Positions 1-8,702 of a DNA stretch of 32,000 bases are shown piece by piece (position 1 is the stretch's first letter; the number at the start of each line of letters is the position of its first letter). Source of the DNA: Ignicoccus islandicus DSM 13165 (GTDB lineage: Archaea > Thermoproteota > Thermoprotei_A > Sulfolobales > Ignicoccaceae); contig NZ_CP006867.1 of assembly GCF_001481685.1 (NCBI RefSeq), forward strand, positions 1,230,001 to 1,262,000, in the 5' to 3' direction. The notes beneath the pieces are model-generated. The model had not been told where the DNA came from. It worked only from the letters and a program-made list of their open reading frames with translations, and ran no database searches. The translations under genes were made by a program, and so were the position numbers.

Positions 1-581
1 ACGTCTATTGGAGTTAACTTAGATACTTGCGTTTCTCGCTCTTCCAAGAACTTATACGGTTTCTCTAATCTAACTTTATACTGCTTCGCTCCACAGTGTG
101 GGCAAGTTTGCGCTTTAGCAGCCTTTTTCTTTATGTAGCTTACTAGTCTCTTCGCATGTAATGGCCACTTGTTAGTCAACCTCTCATATAAGTCTAAATA
201 CTCTTCAATTTCGTCTTCATTGAGTTTTAACTTCCCGCAGCGCCTACACGTAGCTCTCAGAGCGTCGTAAATGTATTGAATGAAGACGTAGTGATAAACC
301 GGTTTAGCCAACTCAATTGAGCCGAAGTGGCCGGGACAGTCGTGCATTGTATTACCGCAAGTGGGGCACTTTTGTCCCGGATTCACTACTCCCATTCTAG
401 GATCCATTATACCTCCTTCAATGGGCATACCGGCCTCGTCGTAGGCCCTGTCGCTGACTATCGTTACTCTGGACATTTGCCTTATTTCGTGGGGCGAGAG
501 TATTCCGAACTTTATCTCTTTTATTATTTTATCTATTCTTTGAACTTTGGATCTTATTCTGGGAGCTGGTTTACGTACCAT
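1..581 (-). CDS. rpoA1: DNA-directed RNA polymerase subunit A' (N-terminal part; gene runs off the left edge)
   Basis: Not in the ORF track because there is no stop in the window. My minus-strand translation from the ATG at 581-579 reads [100 protein letters not shown]...[17 protein letters not shown]...[19 protein letters not shown]. This is the IKFGILSP / CPxCG...CPGHFGHIEL zinc-ribbon clamp N-terminus of archaeal RpoA' / eukaryotic Rpb1. The + strand ORF 327-650 is its antisense shadow. Confidence 0.9.
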   Translation of the reverse strand, partial: MVRKPAPRIRSKVQRIDKIIKEIKFGILSPHEIRQMSRVTIVSDRAYDEAGMPIEGGIMDPRMGVVNPGQKCPTCGNTMHDCPGHFGSIELAKPVYHYVFIQYIYDALRATCRRCGKLKLNEDEIEEYLDLYERLTNKWPLHAKRLVSYIKKKAAKAQTCPHCGAKQYKVRLEKPYKFLEERETQVSKLTPID

Positions 582-688
582 AAAATTTGCCCACTAAGGG
601 TCGCTGGCGGTAGTATAAAAGGTATAACTCCCAAGCGCTCGCTCAGTTAAAACTCTCGGTAGGGTCTATCTAAATAAAGTGGGGAAGA

Positions 689-1906
689 GTGCTGTCAGCC
701 GACCTAGACGATATACTCGAAGACGTCTTTGAAAGGGTATCGAAGTCAAGGATATTTAAGAACAGGGACGTGTTAATGCCCGATTTCCTACCTAATAGAT
801 TACCCCACCGAGAGGAACAGATAAGGAAGGTAGCTAGCGTGTTAGCCCAAGCCCTCAAGGGCTATAGACCCAACAACCTATTCCTTTACGGCTTAACCGG
901 AACGGGTAAGACTGCCGTAGTTAAGCTCGTTACAAAGAAATTAAGTGAAAAGGCCCGCGAAAGGGGCGTTAGACTCAAGGTCGCTTTCGTTAATACTAAG
1001 AGGGACGATACCCCCTATAGAGTGCTTTCTAAACTCTTGGAGAACATAGGATTCCGGGTTCCCCCTACAGGAATTGCTACTGCCCAACTTTACGCTAATT
1101 TCAAGAGGCTTTTAGACAAGCGAGACTTACTACTAATAATAGTGCTCGACGAGATCGATTACCACGTTAAGAAACACGGTGACGATTTGCTTTACAAGCT
1201 CACAAGGATAAACGAGGAACTGAGGAACTCTAAAGTATCTATAATAGGAATAACTAACGACGTGAACTTCACGAGCTGGTTAGATCCTAGGGTTAAAAGT
1301 TCTCTAAGTGAAGAAGAGTTGGTGTTTCCACCCTACACTGCCCCTCAACTTGAAGACATATTAAGAGATAGGGCGCAAATGGCCTTCGAGGATGAGGCTC
1401 TCGAGGAAGGCGTGATACCCTTCTGTGCCGCCCTCGCCGCTAGGGAAAGAGGTGATGCGAGGAAAGCGCTCGATTTACTTAGAGTGGCTGGGGAGCTAGC
1501 GGAAAGGGAAGGGAGAAACAAAGTAACTACGGAGCACGTTAAGAAGGCATGGGAACAAATAGAGAAGGATAGGGTAATAGAAGTCGTTAGGTCATTACCG
1601 CTCCATAGCAAATTGATACTATTGGCTATAGCTAAGTTGACTAAGGACGGAACGGTTACTTACACCGGCGAAGTATACAAGCTCTACAAAGAGTTCACTT
1701 CGGATTTAGGAATAGAGACGTTAACTCTAAGGAGGGTCAGTGATCTGATAGGTGAACTAGATATGCTTGGCTTGATTAGCACGCAAGTAGTCAGTAGGGG
1801 TAAGAGGGGGATGACCAGAGTAATAAACTTGGAGAGCGATTACAAGTCCGTGATAAAGGGCCTTAAAGATGATCCCAGAGTGGCCGAAATCGCTGGCCTC
1901 ATTTGA
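689..1906 (+). CDS. orc1: Orc1/Cdc6 replication initiator (AAA+ ATPase with C-terminal winged helix)
   Basis: GTG start. Contains IFKNRDVLMPDFLPNRLPHREEQI (typical Orc1/Cdc6 N-terminus), Walker A GLTGTGKT, Walker B VLDEID, sensor region and C-terminal wH-like RRVSDLIGELDMLGLI. Confidence 0.92.
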   Translation: MLSADLDDILEDVFERVSKSRIFKNRDVLMPDFLPNRLPHREEQIRKVASVLAQALKGYRPNNLFLYGLTGTGKTAVVKLVTKKLSEKARERGVRLKVAFVNTKRDDTPYRVLSKLLENIGFRVPPTGIATAQLYANFKRLLDKRDLLLIIVLDEIDYHVKKHGDDLLYKLTRINEELRNSKVSIIGITNDVNFTSWLDPRVKSSLSEEELVFPPYTAPQLEDILRDRAQMAFEDEALEEGVIPFCAALAARERGDARKALDLLRVAGELAEREGRNKVTTEHVKKAWEQIEKDRVIEVVRSLPLHSKLILLAIAKLTKDGTVTYTGEVYKLYKEFTSDLGIETLTLRRVSDLIGELDMLGLISTQVVSRGKRGMTRVINLESDYKSVIKGLKDDPRVAEIAGLI

Positions 1907-2408
1907 TGACGGTAAGTTCACTAAGGAACTATGTCCCGTAGTGATCGTTAAAACAGAGGGCTTCCCTCCAGACGTAATCGAATTGGCGTTCTTAAGGCTC
2001 TATAAAGATCCAGGAGACGTAACGGGATTGATTAACCCATTCTTGAAAAACGTTGACCTAATTCTCATTGATAGCATAACTATCTGCGGACTAGGGTTCG
2101 TGGATCCCTCTAACTTCCCTTCGAAAGCAGTAATCGTGAGCAAGTTCGTCCCAAATATAAGAAAGGCGTACGAAAAGGCGTATGAGTTATATGGAAACGA
2201 TCGATTTCGCGAAGTTGCAGAAGAGTATCTAAAGAGGGTTAAATGCGTCAAATTAAAACATGGGAAGATCTGTATAGCTCCCTATGGCTTAGAATTCGAG
2301 TACGCATTGAAAATTGTTAGGAAGAGAACGTTGGTAGATCCGCTTCCTGAGGAGGTCAGACTCTCGGATTCAGTGGCCTCGGCCCTAGGGAAGTGGCTCA
2401 ACGGTTAA
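1869..2408 (+). CDS. DUF99/UPF0215 family protein (EndoV-like fold)
   Basis: SFDDGKF (family GiDDGxF), KDPGDVTG (DGxDaT-like), LILIDSITICGLGFVD (vimLDGitfgGFNvvD-like), C-terminal LPEEVRLSDSVASAL. Overlaps the orc1 3' end by 38 nt, so the true start is uncertain. Its stop overlaps the prs stop in GTTAAC. Confidence 0.7.
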   Translation: MIPEWPKSLASFDDGKFTKELCPVVIVKTEGFPPDVIELAFLRLYKDPGDVTGLINPFLKNVDLILIDSITICGLGFVDPSNFPSKAVIVSKFVPNIRKAYEKAYELYGNDRFREVAEEYLKRVKCVKLKHGKICIAPYGLEFEYALKIVRKRTLVDPLPEEVRLSDSVASALGKWLNG

Positions 2409-3307
2409 CGCCTTCCAGTTAACAGCTTATCTAGCGCATCAACTATCAAGTTCGAGATGCTTTCTACTCTTACGAAGTCCGGGTAATCTCTATATAACGT
2501 GTTCGCTGTAATGAGTTCCTCGACTCCAGCTTCCTTTAACTTCTGTGGAGCGTTCCCAACGAGTAGTGCGTGAACTATTATTGGGATGACTTTCTTGGCA
2601 CCGTTCTCCCTCAGTATTTTAGTAGCTAACGCTAGGGTACCTCCCGTTGAGACGATGTCGTCTACTAATAGTGCCATTTTGCCCTTAACCACATCAATTT
2701 CGTTAACAGTCATGCTTACTTCACCAGTTACCCTGTCCCTAAACTTTTCCAAGAAAGTCCAAGGTGCGTCTATCTCATTAGCTACCTCTTGAGCGTACTG
2801 AGAGGCTCCCTTATCTGGCGCTACAACAACTATTTCGTCTGATTCCTTCGTTACCCTTTTAGCCAATTCCGGCAAAGCGTTTAAGTTAATTGAAGTCCCG
2901 CTGAAGTGCGCTAACGAATGTTCCTTATGTATGTTTACTACAACTAGGTTGTCCACTTCAAACGAATTAAGGATATGGAAGATAGCTTTTATTGACACAG
3001 CTTCTCCTTCACGGAACCTCCTATCTTGCCTGGCGTAAGGCATGTAAGGCATGACGAGTGTTATACTCTTCGCACCTAAGTCGTTCAATACGTCCAATGT
3101 AAGGAAGAGCTCCATGAGGCGATCGTTCTGGTCTTCGAAACCAGTATGAACTAGAACTACGTTCTCGTCTGACACCTTAAAAGGTATTCTTACGTAATTC
3201 TCACCATCGGGGAACTTCTTCTTCTCTATCTGTTGCGCCTTTAGACCTAAGGCTTCCTCTAGTTCGCTACACAACCCCTTAGGTGGAGTCAAGCATGCGA
3301 GGATCAT
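2405..3307 (-). CDS. prs: ribose-phosphate pyrophosphokinase (PRPP synthetase)
   Basis: FPDGENYVRI, MPYMPYARQDRRF, PRPP-binding loop LLVDDIVSTGGTL; 300 aa. Confidence 0.9.
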   Translation of the reverse strand: MILACLTPPKGLCSELEEALGLKAQQIEKKKFPDGENYVRIPFKVSDENVVLVHTGFEDQNDRLMELFLTLDVLNDLGAKSITLVMPYMPYARQDRRFREGEAVSIKAIFHILNSFEVDNLVVVNIHKEHSLAHFSGTSINLNALPELAKRVTKESDEIVVVAPDKGASQYAQEVANEIDAPWTFLEKFRDRVTGEVSMTVNEIDVVKGKMALLVDDIVSTGGTLALATKILRENGAKKVIPIIVHALLVGNAPQKLKEAGVEELITANTLYRDYPDFVRVESISNLIVDALDKLLTGRR

Positions 3308-3321
3308 TACTTACTTCCCGT

Positions 3322-3331
3322 CTTAATAAAG
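3322..3331 (-). promoter_or_regulatory. candidate TATA box for prs (leaderless-type spacing)
   Basis: The minus strand reads CTTTATTAAG, centred about 20-25 nt upstream of the prs ATG (3307). This spacing suggests a leaderless or near-leaderless mRNA, as is common in Crenarchaeota. Confidence 0.3.
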
Positions 3332-3404
3332 CGTAGAAAGCAATTATAATGGAGGCGCTTCAGAGATTTTTCAATAAAGGTTACGGACGCAATCCCATCC
3401 CTAA

Positions 3405-3418
3405 TTGATAGGTGATGA
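3405..3418 (+). repeat. left copy of a perfect 14-nt inverted repeat TTGATAGGTGATGA
   Basis: An exact reverse complement is present at 4134-4147. It lies 64 nt beyond the KH-gene stop and contains a C-box/K-turn-like GUGAUGA. Confidence 0.8.
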
Positions 3419-3481
3419 GTTTTCGTGGGATGAACGCCACTCCCCGGACCGATGGGTGAGGAATAGTTAAGGATGGGTGAC

Positions 3482-4048
3482 CTACTCTTTCCAGTATTCC
3501 AATCTATGCCTGCTCTTTATCGACCTCATTTTCATCTCTAGCTTATGGTAAACGGTCCCGTGCATTAGTCCCTCCATCAAACTCATTACTGCTTCCTTTA
3601 CTGCCTCTACGCTTTCGTAATCACCTATTATTGCTACTTTACCTTCTGAGATGCTTATCTTAGTTCCACTTATTTTCTCTAGATTCCTCTTCGCTTTCCC
3701 CTTCTTTCCTATTATCCTACCTAATATCCTCCTAAGTTCTTTCTCATTCTTGTGATCTAGCATATAATCCCTTACGTCAACCACTTCCATTACCATTTCG
3801 TCTGACAATAAGGATAGGGCGTCCTCTAACTCGAAGCCTAAGGAGAGAGCAGATATTACGTCTCTCGCCTTCATTATTTCGATCGGAGTCGTTTCCTCTG
3901 TTGGTTCTATTACTACTCTCCCACCTTCCTCGATACTTATCTTGGTTCTAGTTAACCTCTCTATTTCGTTTATTTCGGATCTGTCTTTGAGGAACTTAGA
4001 GGCCTTTTCGGGAGGAATTAATAAGTAAAATTTGGTTCCTACGGTCAA
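3482..4048 (-). CDS. KH-domain RNA-binding protein (archaeal Dim2/Pno1-like, two KH domains)
   Basis: Two KH modules. GRIIGKKGKAKRNLEKISGTKISI carries the GxxG loop, and an N-terminal type-I KH-like block reads IERLTRTKISIEEGGRVVIEP. 188 aa; TTG start per the track. Confidence 0.7.
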   Translation of the reverse strand: MTVGTKFYLLIPPEKASKFLKDRSEINEIERLTRTKISIEEGGRVVIEPTEETTPIEIMKARDVISALSLGFELEDALSLLSDEMVMEVVDVRDYMLDHKNEKELRRILGRIIGKKGKAKRNLEKISGTKISISEGKVAIIGDYESVEAVKEAVMSLMEGLMHGTVYHKLEMKMRSIKSRHRLEYWKE

Positions 4049-4133
4049 GGCTCAACACCGGAGGTTTCGCATTTCAATTGTAAAAATCCCTGTTATTTAA
4101 CGTTTAATTCCAAGACCTCGGCATTCAACGCCT

Positions 4134-4147
4134 TCATCACCTATCAA
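4134..4147 (-). repeat. right copy (reverse complement) of the 14-nt inverted repeat
   Basis: The + strand reads TCATCACCTATCAA, the exact reverse complement of 3405-3418. It lies 22 nt beyond the deacetylase stop codon and about 86 nt upstream of the KH-gene start. Confidence 0.8.
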
Positions 4148-4168
4148 GGGGGCAACACTCCTCATCGG

Positions 4169-5173
4169 TCAGAACCAACTCACCTGACTCTCAAAGAACC
4201 TCTTAACTGCTATGACTCTCTCAATTGCTTCGCTAGGTGACCTAGTAGGTTCCTCCCGAACCTCCTCCCAAAGCTCTTCCTTACCACTTAAGCCTATTAA
4301 TTCGGCCATCATGGCTCTGACGGAATTCTCTCCGTAGCCACCTCCTCCAGCACCTATAATTGGTATTCCGAAGCTGGAAAGTAACTCCCCTATTCTCTTA
4401 TAGGTATTAGTAGTTAGGTTCAGTACACCACCTATGGGATCTCCTCTATGACCATCAACACCCATTTGGGCAACTATTAAATCTGGTTCGAACGAGTTAA
4501 CGGCTCTCTCAACTATTAGTTCCAATGCCTTCAAGTAAGCTTCGTCTCCAGCCCAAGGGGGTAGCGGAACGTTTAGGCTATAGCCGTAACCGTTACCTCT
4601 TCCAAGCTCTGAATAATGTCCAGTACCGGGATAGAAGCCAGGGAAGTAGGCGTGTATACTAACAGTTAGTACGTCATCTCTTTCATAAAAAATTTCTTGG
4701 GTCCCGTTTCCGTGATGGGCATCGAAATCCAGATAAGCGACTCTCTTCCCTTCTTCAGTTGCCTTCTGAATTAAGACTGCTACGTCGTTTAGCGGACAGA
4801 ACCCACTTGCTTCACATCTACTAGCGTGATGAAGACCTCCATAAGGGGAATAGAAGATCTTATCCTCGAGGTGTTGGTAACCGTAATACAGTGCCCCTAA
4901 GATAGCTTCTAAAACCTCAGCTGAGCCCTCGTAGACGTACGTATCTCCGTAATCTAGAACACCGCCTCTCTTATTTAGCTCCAAGACCGCTTCTATGAGC
5001 TCTAGACAATGAACTTTCGCGTATTCGCTTATAGGCACCTTCCCTGTCTCAACTAATGGAAACTTTCCTTCGGCGACCTCCCTAAATTTTTTCATTCTAG
5101 AGGTCCAAGCGGGAACCACACTAGGAGGAGCGAAGAACGTTTTGGTAAAAAGGTCGTTCCATCCTACCTTCAA
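4169..5173 (-). CDS. histone deacetylase-family Zn-dependent deacetylase (AcuC/Aph/HDAC-like)
   Basis: GGLHHA catalytic His pair, DFDAHHGNGTQEIF Zn-ligand block, GVDGHRGDP, GGGGY near the C-terminus. Confidence 0.88.
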   Translation of the reverse strand: MKVGWNDLFTKTFFAPPSVVPAWTSRMKKFREVAEGKFPLVETGKVPISEYAKVHCLELIEAVLELNKRGGVLDYGDTYVYEGSAEVLEAILGALYYGYQHLEDKIFYSPYGGLHHASRCEASGFCPLNDVAVLIQKATEEGKRVAYLDFDAHHGNGTQEIFYERDDVLTVSIHAYFPGFYPGTGHYSELGRGNGYGYSLNVPLPPWAGDEAYLKALELIVERAVNSFEPDLIVAQMGVDGHRGDPIGGVLNLTTNTYKRIGELLSSFGIPIIGAGGGGYGENSVRAMMAELIGLSGKEELWEEVREEPTRSPSEAIERVIAVKRFFESQVSWF

Positions 5174-5179
5174 CTCAGA

Positions 5180-6094
5180 TCAACCTATTTTGATTTGAGG
5201 TATTGGTGCACCGTTAAATGTGGTCATTTGGTTGGAGGTGGCTAGCAAGCCCGTAGCTCCGGTCTGCTCAAAGAACGATTGAACCTTCTCTTCTATTTCG
5301 AAACTCGCTTTAGATAGCTCCGGAATTTCTCTATCCATTACCCTTACGTTGATTAGAATCTCTTTGAGTCTCAAACCCGTTACTGGGGTTACCATTTTGT
5401 CTCCTCCCAAGAAGGATTCTTCGAACTCGCTTTCGTGAACTTTTAACTTAGGAGCGATATAGTTGTCTATAATGTATCTTATGAACTTCATCTCCTTACT
5501 CGCTTCAACGTAGCCGAAGAGGGCACCACTAGATAGGAGCATACTGTAAGCTTGAGTTCTTATCGCGTCTTCTACTTCGTTCATTTGCTTTTGACTCTTT
5601 AACAAGAAGTCCATTACTTCAAGGAACGTGTTTAGATCGAGCGCTTGGGTAGTTATGTTAACTGTAATGTTAAATGGGTCAACTATAGTATTGGAATTAA
5701 CGTATAGCTCGTCGTAGACTATAAAAGAGAGGAGAGACGCCGTTGCCCCTAACCTAAGGGGTGCTATAACGTTAACCTTGCTGAAAGATAAGTCCTCTAT
5801 GAGCTTTTTCGTTAATTCAGTTACCCTTATGTCGCCTCCGAAGGCCGTTAGGTGAAACCAAAGTTTGTCGCAGCCACTATCCTTAAGTTTCTTTAAGTAC
5901 TGAGATAAGAGTGTGGCAAACACTACTGAATCCAGTGGTTGCGCGGAAGCCACCTTTGAACTAAATAGAAGTAAGCACGAATTCTTCTCAATGCCCTTCA
6001 ACCGGGCTTCGTAGTCTCTTATAGAACCCATTAATTCTTGCAAATTCGGTTGAGGAGGCATAACTGGTTGGTTAGGTATACCAAATATGTTCAA
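5180..6094 (-). CDS. hypothetical protein, possibly ClpP/SppA-fold (SDH-type serine peptidase-like)
   Basis: No signal peptide. The block LWFHLTAFGGDIRVTELTKKLIEDL...VNVIAPLRLGATASLLSF...IVDPF resembles the lihTpGGdvxaAexI...vPxxAxSaGTliAlaa...lGPxDP pattern of ClpP-class/SDH peptidases. The match is from memory only. The stop is 6 nt from the deacetylase start. Confidence 0.3.
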   Translation of the reverse strand: MNIFGIPNQPVMPPQPNLQELMGSIRDYEARLKGIEKNSCLLLFSSKVASAQPLDSVVFATLLSQYLKKLKDSGCDKLWFHLTAFGGDIRVTELTKKLIEDLSFSKVNVIAPLRLGATASLLSFIVYDELYVNSNTIVDPFNITVNITTQALDLNTFLEVMDFLLKSQKQMNEVEDAIRTQAYSMLLSSGALFGYVEASKEMKFIRYIIDNYIAPKLKVHESEFEESFLGGDKMVTPVTGLRLKEILINVRVMDREIPELSKASFEIEEKVQSFFEQTGATGLLATSNQMTTFNGAPIPQIKIG

Positions 6095-6148
6095 ATTCCA
6101 CGCGACCCGAAGATAAGTGAAAAAGGGGATCTAATTAAAAAACTTTGT

Positions 6149-7555
6149 TTAGTGATGACCTTGACCGTAGTGTGCTTCTACGGCCTTTAACACCGGCCTG
6201 GCTAACAATACGTATACTAGTAAACCTACTGCATGCGATGCTATGGTTATCGCGACCTCTAGAGGAGTTGGGAAGTAAGGCTTCAGCACTCCTAGCGTAT
6301 CAGGGGCGTACCCAGGAATAACTATAGTGAAGGTCTTTTCGGCCACCACTGCTAATATTATTAGCGTGCTTAAGAAGACTATGCCCTTGTAGCTCTTCCT
6401 TAATGGAGGTACGAAGATGGTCAGTAACGCAGCTAGTACACCTAGTACTACCCATGCCCAGAATAGCATAGCTAAGTACTCCATTCCAGGATAGCCCCAG
6501 TGGCAGATGTCGCTTCCTGCGAAGTAGGTTAGGTAGTCCTTGGCTAAGGGCTTCATGATACTACATACGAACGGGGCCATGTAGAGACCTATCGCTTGGG
6601 CCCTCTTAGCGGGTTCCGTAGTGTACCAGAAGAGCTCTTGAGTCTCTGATAGCGTGAAGTAGAGACCCACTATTAGAGCGGCAACGGAGGCTAGCAGCGT
6701 TTTCTCGTAAACGTATTTTGGTACTTTGTAGTTCTTATAGAACTTCTCTGCTATTATGCTAACTATTAAGAGAAACGCCGGTCCAGCGGCTAACGCAGTA
6801 GCAACGTATCTTGGAGCCAGTAATGGGCCTAACCATATGGGCCTAGCCGTTAGAGCTTGGCTAATGAATCCCGTTACTGTGTGGATACCTATAGCTAGTG
6901 GAGCTGCTATTACCATGAAAGCGTACATCAGCCACTTCGGTGGTTCGTACTTCGGACCCCTCCTGTACCAGTGCACAGCTAGGAACACGCCGATTAGGTT
7001 TATGATTAAGTAGCTGTTAAGCACTAGGAAGTCGTAGGTGAATATGCTCTTAGGGTTAGGTGGATGCCCCTCCATTATAGGAACTGCCATTAGCAATATC
7101 GTCCTTAGAGGTCTACCAACGTCCACGAATACTAGCGTCAATGCAACTAGTACCGCGGCCACTGCTTGGACTTCCGCCAGTGGAGCCAGCCTCATGAATC
7201 CCTTATCCCTAAAGCCGTAAGCAGCTATACCGAACAGTACGCCCGCTGCAGCTACACCGACCCAGAACACGAAGAACGATATGTACATACCCCATGCTAC
7301 GGAATCGCTCATTGCAGTATAGACCATGCCTCCCTTGTCGGGAGTTATGCCTAGTTGCGTGAGTAGATGTGGATCGAATCCTAGGTGCTTTACTAACTGA
7401 GTATATATAGCTGGTGCCGCTTGCACGCCAGCCCATAGACCTAAGCCGTAACCAGCTAACACTGCCATAGCTAACGCGAAGGCCCAGTGGCTCCAGCCAC
7501 CGTTTAGCGAGTACTTTATGAAGTACCATATGGTCCTCAATATTTCGATTACCAT
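6149..7555 (-). CDS. NrfD/PsrC-family polytopic membrane quinone-interacting subunit
   Basis: 468 aa and almost entirely hydrophobic, with 10 or more predicted TM spans by eye. Its start overlaps the stop of the upstream FeS gene by 1 nt (TAATG). This is the position and size typical of NrfD/DsrP/ActC-type subunits. Confidence 0.7.
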   Translation of the reverse strand: MVIEILRTIWYFIKYSLNGGWSHWAFALAMAVLAGYGLGLWAGVQAAPAIYTQLVKHLGFDPHLLTQLGITPDKGGMVYTAMSDSVAWGMYISFFVFWVGVAAAGVLFGIAAYGFRDKGFMRLAPLAEVQAVAAVLVALTLVFVDVGRPLRTILLMAVPIMEGHPPNPKSIFTYDFLVLNSYLIINLIGVFLAVHWYRRGPKYEPPKWLMYAFMVIAAPLAIGIHTVTGFISQALTARPIWLGPLLAPRYVATALAAGPAFLLIVSIIAEKFYKNYKVPKYVYEKTLLASVAALIVGLYFTLSETQELFWYTTEPAKRAQAIGLYMAPFVCSIMKPLAKDYLTYFAGSDICHWGYPGMEYLAMLFWAWVVLGVLAALLTIFVPPLRKSYKGIVFLSTLIILAVVAEKTFTIVIPGYAPDTLGVLKPYFPTPLEVAITIASHAVGLLVYVLLARPVLKAVEAHYGQGHH

Positions 7556-8685
7556 TAGGCCTCACCTCCCGATTCCTTCTTCTCTTCGCCTAACCAATCT
7601 GATGAATGGGGGTTCTTAGCGTCTATAGGAGGCGTTCTAGCTGGACCGAAATAGTAGAAGAACCTCGGCTTCGTACCGGCCGAGGGCTTGAGGACGAATA
7701 CGCCGTATTCGTCTATGATCCTCTTTATTGGGCTATCTTCACTGTGCATGTCTCCGAAGGCCCTTGCTCCAACCGGACATATCTCAACGCAAGCCGTAGT
7801 ACCGCCGTTCCTACTTCTTTGGATACAGAAGGTACATTTCTCAACCGTATGAACTTCTCTTGGAACGTTTCCGAATTCATGCATGTTGGGGTTAAGGGTC
7901 AACGCGTCTAGAGTTACCGGCTTCCAGTTCATGTGTCTAGCTCCGTAAGGACATGCCGTTATACAGTATCTACATCCAATACATCTGTAGCTATCTACCA
8001 CTACGATTCCATCGGGCTCTTGCCAAGTCGCCCTAACTGGGCATACCATTATACAAGGCGGGTATTCACATTGGTTACAAGCGACTGGCACATATACTCT
8101 ATCCTTATATGGACCGTGAGTATAGTCTATGTTAGTATTAAGGAGTTCTAGTTCCTCTCTGTCTAAGTTTAGCACCTTTATCCATTCTATTCCTTGAGTT
8201 CTGTCGACGTTGTTCTCTTGCACGCAAGCGTAGGCACACCTCCTACATCCAATACATCTATTTAGGTCGAGAGCCATAGCATACCTTACTCCCTTCTTCG
8301 GCAAGGTCCACTTTACCTTTATCTCTTGACAATGTCTCTTAGCAAGCTTACATTCGGGAGAATTGTCTCCCAACCTCTTACAGATGCTCTCAGCCGATTC
8401 CATGCATCTCTTCTTGGCATCCTCTTCCTTCTTCTTAGCTAATTCCTTAAGGTTTTCAATGGTTTTCTCGGGATTTCCGGGGACTCTATAAGGGTTCCAA
8501 TTCGCAACAGCGTATTCCTCGCCATTTATTTCTATTACCTCAGCCCCACCGTAAGCCGTCTCTATTTCTTCCTTCGATAACGGTTCCAGCATCTCCATTA
8601 ACTCTTCCCTTTTAGCTGTCAGGACGGTTACGGCGCTAGCTGCTACCAAACCTTTAATCAAATTCCTCCTAGTTTGACTGGTCAT
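7555..8685 (-). CDS. Tat-exported 4x[4Fe-4S] ferredoxin-type subunit (NrfC/PsrB/DsrO-like) with an N-terminal extension
   Basis: Twin-arginine signal MTSQTRRNLIKGLVAASAV. Cys clusters CIGCRRCAYAC, CNQCEYPPCIMVCP, CIGCRYCITACP and CTFCIQR...ACVEICP. An extra ~115-aa Glu/Lys-rich insert with 4 Cys (CMESAESIC...ECKLAKRHC) lies between the signal and the first cluster. Confidence 0.85.
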   Translation of the reverse strand: MTSQTRRNLIKGLVAASAVTVLTAKREELMEMLEPLSKEEIETAYGGAEVIEINGEEYAVANWNPYRVPGNPEKTIENLKELAKKKEEDAKKRCMESAESICKRLGDNSPECKLAKRHCQEIKVKWTLPKKGVRYAMALDLNRCIGCRRCAYACVQENNVDRTQGIEWIKVLNLDREELELLNTNIDYTHGPYKDRVYVPVACNQCEYPPCIMVCPVRATWQEPDGIVVVDSYRCIGCRYCITACPYGARHMNWKPVTLDALTLNPNMHEFGNVPREVHTVEKCTFCIQRSRNGGTTACVEICPVGARAFGDMHSEDSPIKRIIDEYGVFVLKPSAGTKPRFFYYFGPARTPPIDAKNPHSSDWLGEEKKESGGEA

Positions 8686-8702
8686 ATCCCATCACCCCCA
8701 AT

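Noticed and set aside
327-650. 107-aa + strand ORF from the supplied track
   Set aside because: It lies antisense to the very strongly supported RpoA' N-terminus (minus strand, 1-581). Its sequence is low-complexity (YSHSRIHY repeats) with no recognisable motif, so I treat it as a shadow ORF.
582-688. Possible replication origin next to orc1/cdc6
   Set aside because: The spacer is only 107 bp, is not markedly AT-rich, and contains no ORB/mini-ORB-like repeated elements (no TCCAGTGGAAAC-type motif, no duplicated inverted boxes). Downstream of orc1 is coding. An origin may exist elsewhere, but nothing here supports one.
3405-3481. C/D box sRNA starting at the GTGATGA C-box (and its mirror at 4147-4080)
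   Set aside because: A plausible D'-like tetramer follows at the right 11-12-nt spacing (ATGA at 3430; CCGA in the mirror copy), but there is no C' box and no terminal CTGA D box in either copy. They do not meet the canonical archaeal C/D architecture, so I kept them only as an inverted-repeat finding.
7365-7385. GGATCGAATCC, a tRNA T-arm-like string
   Set aside because: It lies inside the strongly hydrophobic NrfD-type CDS. No acceptor, D or anticodon arms can be drawn around it.
6756-7565. Several 60-118-aa ORFs (6756-7013 +, 7038-7220 +, 7166-7354 +, 7209-7565 -) overlapping the NrfD-type gene
   Set aside because: All are out-of-frame or antisense shadows of a long, coherent membrane-protein ORF, and none has motifs or plausible starts. 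The same reasoning applies to the other short antisense ORFs in the track (for example 1345-1611, 2000-2251, 2586-2792, 14610-15302, 19315-20004, 23245-23683, 27725-28186).
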